Part shown: positions 36,480-41,933 of the stretch, in pieces
How positions within the stretch are numbered: the first letter of the stretch is position 1
Layout of the letters: each line of letters opens with the position of its first letter
Assembly (NCBI RefSeq): GCF_004010195.1
Contig: NC_057719.1
Span: 40,154,872 to 40,196,804 of the forward strand
Origin: Chiloscyllium plagiosum
Taxonomy: Eukaryota
DNA length: 41,933 nt
Direction of reading: 5' to 3'
Notes under the pieces: model-generated
The model's input: the letters and a program-made list of their open reading frames with translations, nothing else
Told to the model about the DNA's origin: nothing
Databases searched by the model: none
Position numbers and translations under genes: made by a program

Positions 36480-36698
36480 AAATCAAAACCAAAAGCTGAA
36501 ATTGCTGGCAAAGCTCAGCAAGTCTGACAGCATATGTGGAGAAAAATCAGAGTTAACGTTTCATGTTGAGTGATCCTTCCTCAGTCCACAGTTTAAAAAA
36601 TATAATTCTGAGGAAGGGTCACTGGACCCAAAACTCTGATTTCTCTCCACAGATGCTGTCAGAACTGCTGAGCTTTGCCTGCAATTTCTGTTTTTGTT
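36480..36698. repeat. Palindromic Penelope-pLTR-derived MITE-like element
   Basis: GAAATTGCTGGCAAAGCTCAGCA...TGCTGAGCTTTGCCTGCAATTTC inverted arms, with a CTGAGGA...GAAAC core on minus and a mutated core on plus. Confidence 0.8.
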
Positions 36699-36714
36699 AT
36701 GGATCAATGCTATA

Positions 36715-37122
36715 CCTCTGGATGTAGCTTTGCTCACTAAGCTGGAAGGTTCATTTCCAGATGTTTCATCACCATACTAGGTAACATCTTCAGTGAGCCT
36801 CCAAATGAAGCACTGGTGGTGTAGCCCGCTTTCTATTTATATGTTTGGGTTTCCTTAGGTTGATGGCATCATTTCCTGTGGTGACATCATTTCCTATGAT
36901 GATGTCATTTCCTGTTATTTTTCTCAGGGGTGGGTAAATGGGATCCAAGCCAATGTGTTTGTTTTTAGAGTTTCAGTTGGAAAGCCATACTTCTAGGAAT
37001 TCTTGAGCGTGTCTCTGTTTGGCTTGTCCTAGGATGGATGTGTTGTCCCAGTTGGAGTGGTGTCCTTCCTTATCTGTATGTAAGGATACTAGTGAGAGAG
37101 GGTCATGTCTTTTTGTGGCTAG
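36715..37122 (-). mobile_element. Penelope 3'/pLTR fragment, same family as 23195-24759
   Basis: Highly similar to ~23230-23632. Hammerhead-like CTGAAGA...GAAAC at 36763-36793 (minus). Confidence 0.9.
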
Positions 37123-37189
37123 TCTTCTCAAAACCCACTAATGCTGTATCTGGTAGGACACAAGCATCAGCTTCAGCCTTAATTTGGGA

Positions 37190-37700
37190 AGCTGTACCAT
37201 GATTTTTTGTGACATCTCTGGAGTTCATAATCTGTAAGGCAATACTCTTCTTGCTGGACAGGAGGAAGACAGCTTCTGAAATGGAGCAGGCATGGTTCCA
37301 TGTGACAGCAGAGGCAAACAGCAGGAGTGTGGTCATTTATGGATAAAATATTGAAAGTGGTTGAATGATCTCTTTAGGGCAGTAAAGGTGAAAGGCATTC
37401 CACAAGCAAGTGCTAACTTGCACACTCTAACTTCACCAGCCTTCTCCTGTACAACGCTTCTTCTGACTAATACTTCTTGCTGCTCCACCTATTTCTCTCA
37501 CTTCATTCTCTCCTCACCAACCCATTTGAATATCACTACTTGCCTTCATCTATTTGTCATCTCACACCTGTCCCTTATTGTATCGTTCCACCTTCCTGCT
37601 CCAATCCCCTTCCAGATTTATAACTTTCTGCAACAGAAGAGAATCCAGAAGAAAGAGGCAAAAATATGGAGGTCACCCTCTGGTTACAATCACTCTATAC
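37190..37700 (+). pseudogene. Harbinger-associated Myb/SANT-like DNA-binding protein remnant
   Basis: VP*FFVTSLE...ILFLLDRRK...EQAWFHVTAEANSRSVV, frameshift, WIKY*KWLNDLFRAVK|gt resembles PRFS..LE...AW..VA..V....RTW.QCRKRFNDL. Possible second exon after caacag at ~37635. Confidence 0.55.
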
Positions 37701-40374
37701 CTGACCTTCAGTTGCTCTTGTGAATAAAATGGTACTAAATGTGGACTTTGTAATATTCCATATTACAAGGACAATAAAAACGATTATCTCATGATCCTAA
37801 TGACGAACTTTGATTTTTTTTATTACATTATTATTCATTATGATTGGATTTATCTCATATCCACCAGCTGCTTTGCAATTTTCTTTTGGCTGTACAGCCT
37901 GGCCAACTCCCTTCCCGAAGACTGCAGCAATATTTTTCCTCCTACTCTCTCCTGAAACAATTATCTCCCGGGAATAAGTTTTCTCACCTCCTCCACCCAC
38001 TGCCAAACAATCCCCTCAGAGTAGTTTTCTAAAACCCTGCTGAAATAATTTATTTCAAGGTATTCAGGTGGCAGGGCTAATCAGAACCAGTAGTGACAGT
38101 CAAAGATCAGGTGTTTTTTTCAACTTCTGAGAATCTAGTGTTGGGTTAGGAAGAGGAATGGCAGGAGCAGATAAATGTTGGGTTGGAAAAATTACTGACT
38201 GGAAATCTGTTGTTGTTGGGATAGCACTAGGTTGGTAGAAACTAGATTATGCTCTGACGTTCAATGGCAAAAAGGCCTGAGACCTTGAGAGGACGGGGTC
38301 ATACTTTTGCCAATGAAGAGTTGGAGATTTCTGGATGGCTGGTTCAAGATATAACACAGCCACATGACATAAAATACTCATGTTGTTGTGGTGAGACCTG
38401 AAACATTATCACGTGCACAATGATCGCTCTGAACCCATTCCCCTTTCAACTTTAATTCATTTTTCTCACCTCATAGATCCTTCAATTGTGATGTTGGAAA
38501 TAGTCCAGGAGGAAACCTCACACAGTCGAGAAACACCATTATGCAATTCACATGCACCCTTCACTAGCTCATAGTCACATACCCATACACCCTATAATCA
38601 GATAATCTGCTTGTCAAATGGTGAATGGAACAATAGAAAGTCAACAGGTTCTTGAAATTGAGACAGCATTTCCCTTCCTTGCAACCAATACTATGACATA
38701 AACAAAAAGTGCAATATATTTGTGGGGAAAGAAATTGACTGAAATTTCCTTTCCATTCTGACTTAGATACACATTGCTATTCTACTAGATATCATAATAA
38801 AAAGGAGAACTATACCACACAGAGTTGAAAAAAAAGCTTGCACTTCAATTTGTTTTGCATTACTGCAAAAATCATATTTCTTCTGAAACCCTTCTTTTTA
38901 CTAAAATTACACATCTAACACCATTGTGGGAGTGATATTGTTCAAAGAATGAAAACGAGTGAAGAAGGTGTATGTACACTTTCTAGGATGGAGATCTTAT
39001 CTGTATTATTCACATCTCTGTAAAACTCAGCTCCCATCTTCATTCTTAAGAATACCTCATTTGCATTTTTATATTTCATGACCCCTCATATTCAAGAATT
39101 GCTTAAATACTTTCATTTTGATCAATTGTCTCTTTATCTGACTCTACCGTTCCTCAGTCAAATTATTGTTTCCTACTTTGTGTCTCTTTTTTGATTTCAC
39201 TTGATTCTCTTTGAGTTCACTCCATTCTGTTCTTGAAAGTCTTTCTATCACCTGTACTTGTTTTCCCTTGTCTTTCCATATATTTCACATAAAGCCTCTT
39301 TTCACCTCTCTCACTGATTCTAGCAGATTTTTTTTGTCTTATGGTGTCATTACTCAGGTAGTGCTATCTGTTACACTCTACACAGTTAGATGTGCTGTCT
39401 CCTTTAACTACTGCCGATAGACTTGCCTTACAGGGGCTGAACATAGGAAGTAAGGGGAGTCACCAATTTGGAGGAGTTGTAAATTTGAGGAGGGGAATTG
39501 CCTCATAATTTAGATTAAAATGTCATCTTATTCTTTGTTTTCTCATTCTACAATATATAAATTCTGTTGTTTACAGCACCTGGTGATAATCTAGATATTA
39601 TAATTCAAAATCCGTTCTTTTTATAATTAGCAATAACTTAAAGGAGATAGTGGACTTGGAAACATTTTGCTGATTACATTATAGAGCAGAACTAGCGAAG
39701 CTATTTATTAAAACAGGTTGCAGCAGAAGTGACTGTCAATTTTGCATTTCAGCAATGATTCTGGAATGATAAATGATTTAGGTTGAGGAACATTGAACCC
39801 AATATTGCTTTATATTTTAGCTAGTTTTGTTAATGAAGAAGAAAAAATAAGTGCAATGTTTTTTGAGTTTCCATCTGTTGGACTTAAAAGAACAGAGATG
39901 TGAGCTGTTCTGAACAGAGATGGCCTTACTGACATGATGGGAGCAGCAAGACCACTTGAGCTGGCAAGATTAAGGAATGGCCATGAATAGGGTAGTTGAT
40001 ATGGAGAGAGATGAAGGGAAAATGAGTGTATGAGGAGCCCAGAGTAAAAGAAACATATGAAATGGAGACTGAAATTACCAAGGATGAGAAGTCATTTGGT
40101 GGCGACGCGGAGGGAGGAAAGCAGTTAACATAACTCTGTAAGAAAATTAAGTTGGTACTTGGGTAGGAATGGAGAATAAGGATTTTAAATGAGAGGTTAG
40201 AACAAAGTGAGATGCTCAAAGAGGTACCGGAGGAGTAGGGGACCAAGGTGCTAAGAGTCACTTATCCATGGTGAGCCAGGCTGGGGAGACTTTATGTAGG
40301 TGACATGACTCTTCAGCCAGATTTCTTTTAAATCTGTGATCACATATCAAGTGAATTTATATTCTAGAGGAAAC

Positions 40375-41035
40375 TGCAGGGAGGAACAATGATAGCTGAT
40401 CCAATGGCAGAAGTTATTTGGGTGGAACTGAGAAATAAGAAAGGGATGATCACTTTATTGGGATTGTATTATACCATTGGTTAGGCACTTTTGGAATATT
40501 GCATGTAATTCTGGTCTCCTTCCTATCGGAAGGATGTTGTGAAACTTGAAAGGGTTCAGAAAACATTTACAAGGATGTTACCAGGGTTAAAGGATTTGAG
40601 CGAGAGGAAGAGGCTGAATAGGCTGTAGCTGTTTTTCCTGAAGTGTTGGAGGCTGAGGGGTGACCTCATAGAGGTTTATAAAATCATGAGGGGCATGATA
40701 GGATTAACAGACAAGATCTTTTCCCTTTGGTGGAGGAGTCCAGAACTAGAGGGCATAGGTTCAGGGTGAGAGGGGAAATATATAAAAGGGACCTATGGGT
40801 CAACTTATTCATGTAGAAGATAGTGCGCGTGTGGAATGAACTGCTCGAGGAAGTGGTGGAGGCTGGTACAATTATAGCATTTAAAAGGCATCTGGATGAG
40901 TATATGAATAGGAAGGATTTAGAGGGCAATGGGCTGGCAAATGGGACTAGATTACGTTAAGATAACTGGTTGGCATGGACAAGTTGGACTGAAGGGTCTG
41001 TTTCCGTGCTGCACATCTCTATGACTCTATCACTC
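40375..41035 (+). mobile_element. CR1/HER1 fragment: short endonuclease piece fused to the 3' end
   Basis: EVIWVELRNKKGMITLLGLYY joined directly to LVRHFWNI/LEYCM*FWSP. Tail CTCTATGACTCTATCACTCT at ~41017-41036. Confidence 0.88.
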
Positions 41036-41049
41036 TGATTCACAATGCC

Positions 41050-41933
41050 TGGATTAGAAGGGGTAAATTGGGATTAAAAAAAACCATAATGGGAGTTATG
41101 TACAGACCTCCTAACAGTAACATGTACTGGGAAATAGAGAAGGCATGTCAGAAAGGCAAGTTCACGGTGATCATGGGAGACTTCAATATGCAGGTGGACT
41201 GGGTAAATAATGTTGCCAGTGGATCCAAAGAAAGGGAACTCATGGAATGCTTACAGGATGGCTTTTTGGAACAGCTTGACATGAAGCCCACAAGGGAGCA
41301 GGCTATTCTGAACCTAGTGCTATGTAATGAACCAGACTTTATAAAAAATCTTAAAGTAAGGGAACACTTAGGAAGCAGCGATCATAATATGGTAGAGTTC
41401 AGTCTGCAGTTTGAAAGAGAGAAGGCAAAATCGGATGTAATGGTGTTTCAGTTAAATAAAGGAAATTATGAGGGCATGAGAGAGGAACTGACGAAAATAG
41501 TCTGGAAGCAGAGCCTAGTGGGGAAGACAGTAGAGCAAAAATGGCAGGAGTTTGTGGGTATAATTGAGGACACTGTACAGAGGTTCATCCCCAAGAAAAG
41601 AAAGATTATCCGGTGAGGGATTAGACAGCCATAGCTGACAAAAGAAGTCAGGAAATGTATTAAAGAAAAAGAGAGATCCTATAAAGTGGCCAAGAGCACT
41701 GGGAAATCAGAAGATTGGGAAGGCTACAAAAACAAACAGAGGATAACAAAGAGATAAATAAGGAAGGAGAGGATCAAATATGAAGGTAGGCTAGCCAGTA
41801 ATATTAGAAATGATAGTAAAAGTTTCTTTCAATACATAAGAAACAAACGACAGGCAAAAGTAGACATTGGGCCACTCAAACTGATGCTGGAAGCCTAGTG
41901 ATGGGCGAGAAGGAAATAGCAGGAGAACTTAAT
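41050..41933 (+). mobile_element. CR1 LINE ORF2 endonuclease/linker fragment (runs off window)
   Basis: MGVMYRPPNS, IMGDFN, PTREQAILNLVLCN, HLGSSDHNMVEF, with stops after 41616. Confidence 0.9.

Noticed and set aside
1..41933. Prokaryotic systems (CRISPR arrays, operons, retrons)
   Set aside because: The sequence is intron-containing vertebrate DNA, no repeat-spacer array was seen, and all RT motifs belong to LINE, LTR or Penelope elements.

Overview
Repeat-rich vertebrate DNA. The HE1-type SINEs, HER1/CR1 LINEs and Penelope elements point to a cartilaginous fish, probably a shark (inferred from repeat content). The only host gene recognised is missing from the ORF track: a small spliced minus-strand gene at about 1.2-2.1 kb encoding the mitochondrial ATP synthase 6.8 kDa proteolipid (ATP5MJ/ATP5MPL/MP68). 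It has a coding exon at 1462-1582, a 21-nt micro-exon at 1198-1218 and a CpG-richer promoter/exon-1 region; the last exon probably lies left of the window. The ~40 kb upstream is mostly nested, decayed transposons: a near-full-length CR1 LINE with zinc-finger/SGNH-esterase ORF1, other CR1, RTE and LINE fragments, Gypsy LTR remnants with a PBS and a solo LTR, Penelope elements with inverted termini and hammerhead-like cores, tRNA-derived SINEs, and Harbinger transposase and Myb/SANT remnants. Family assignments come from motif recall, not database searches.
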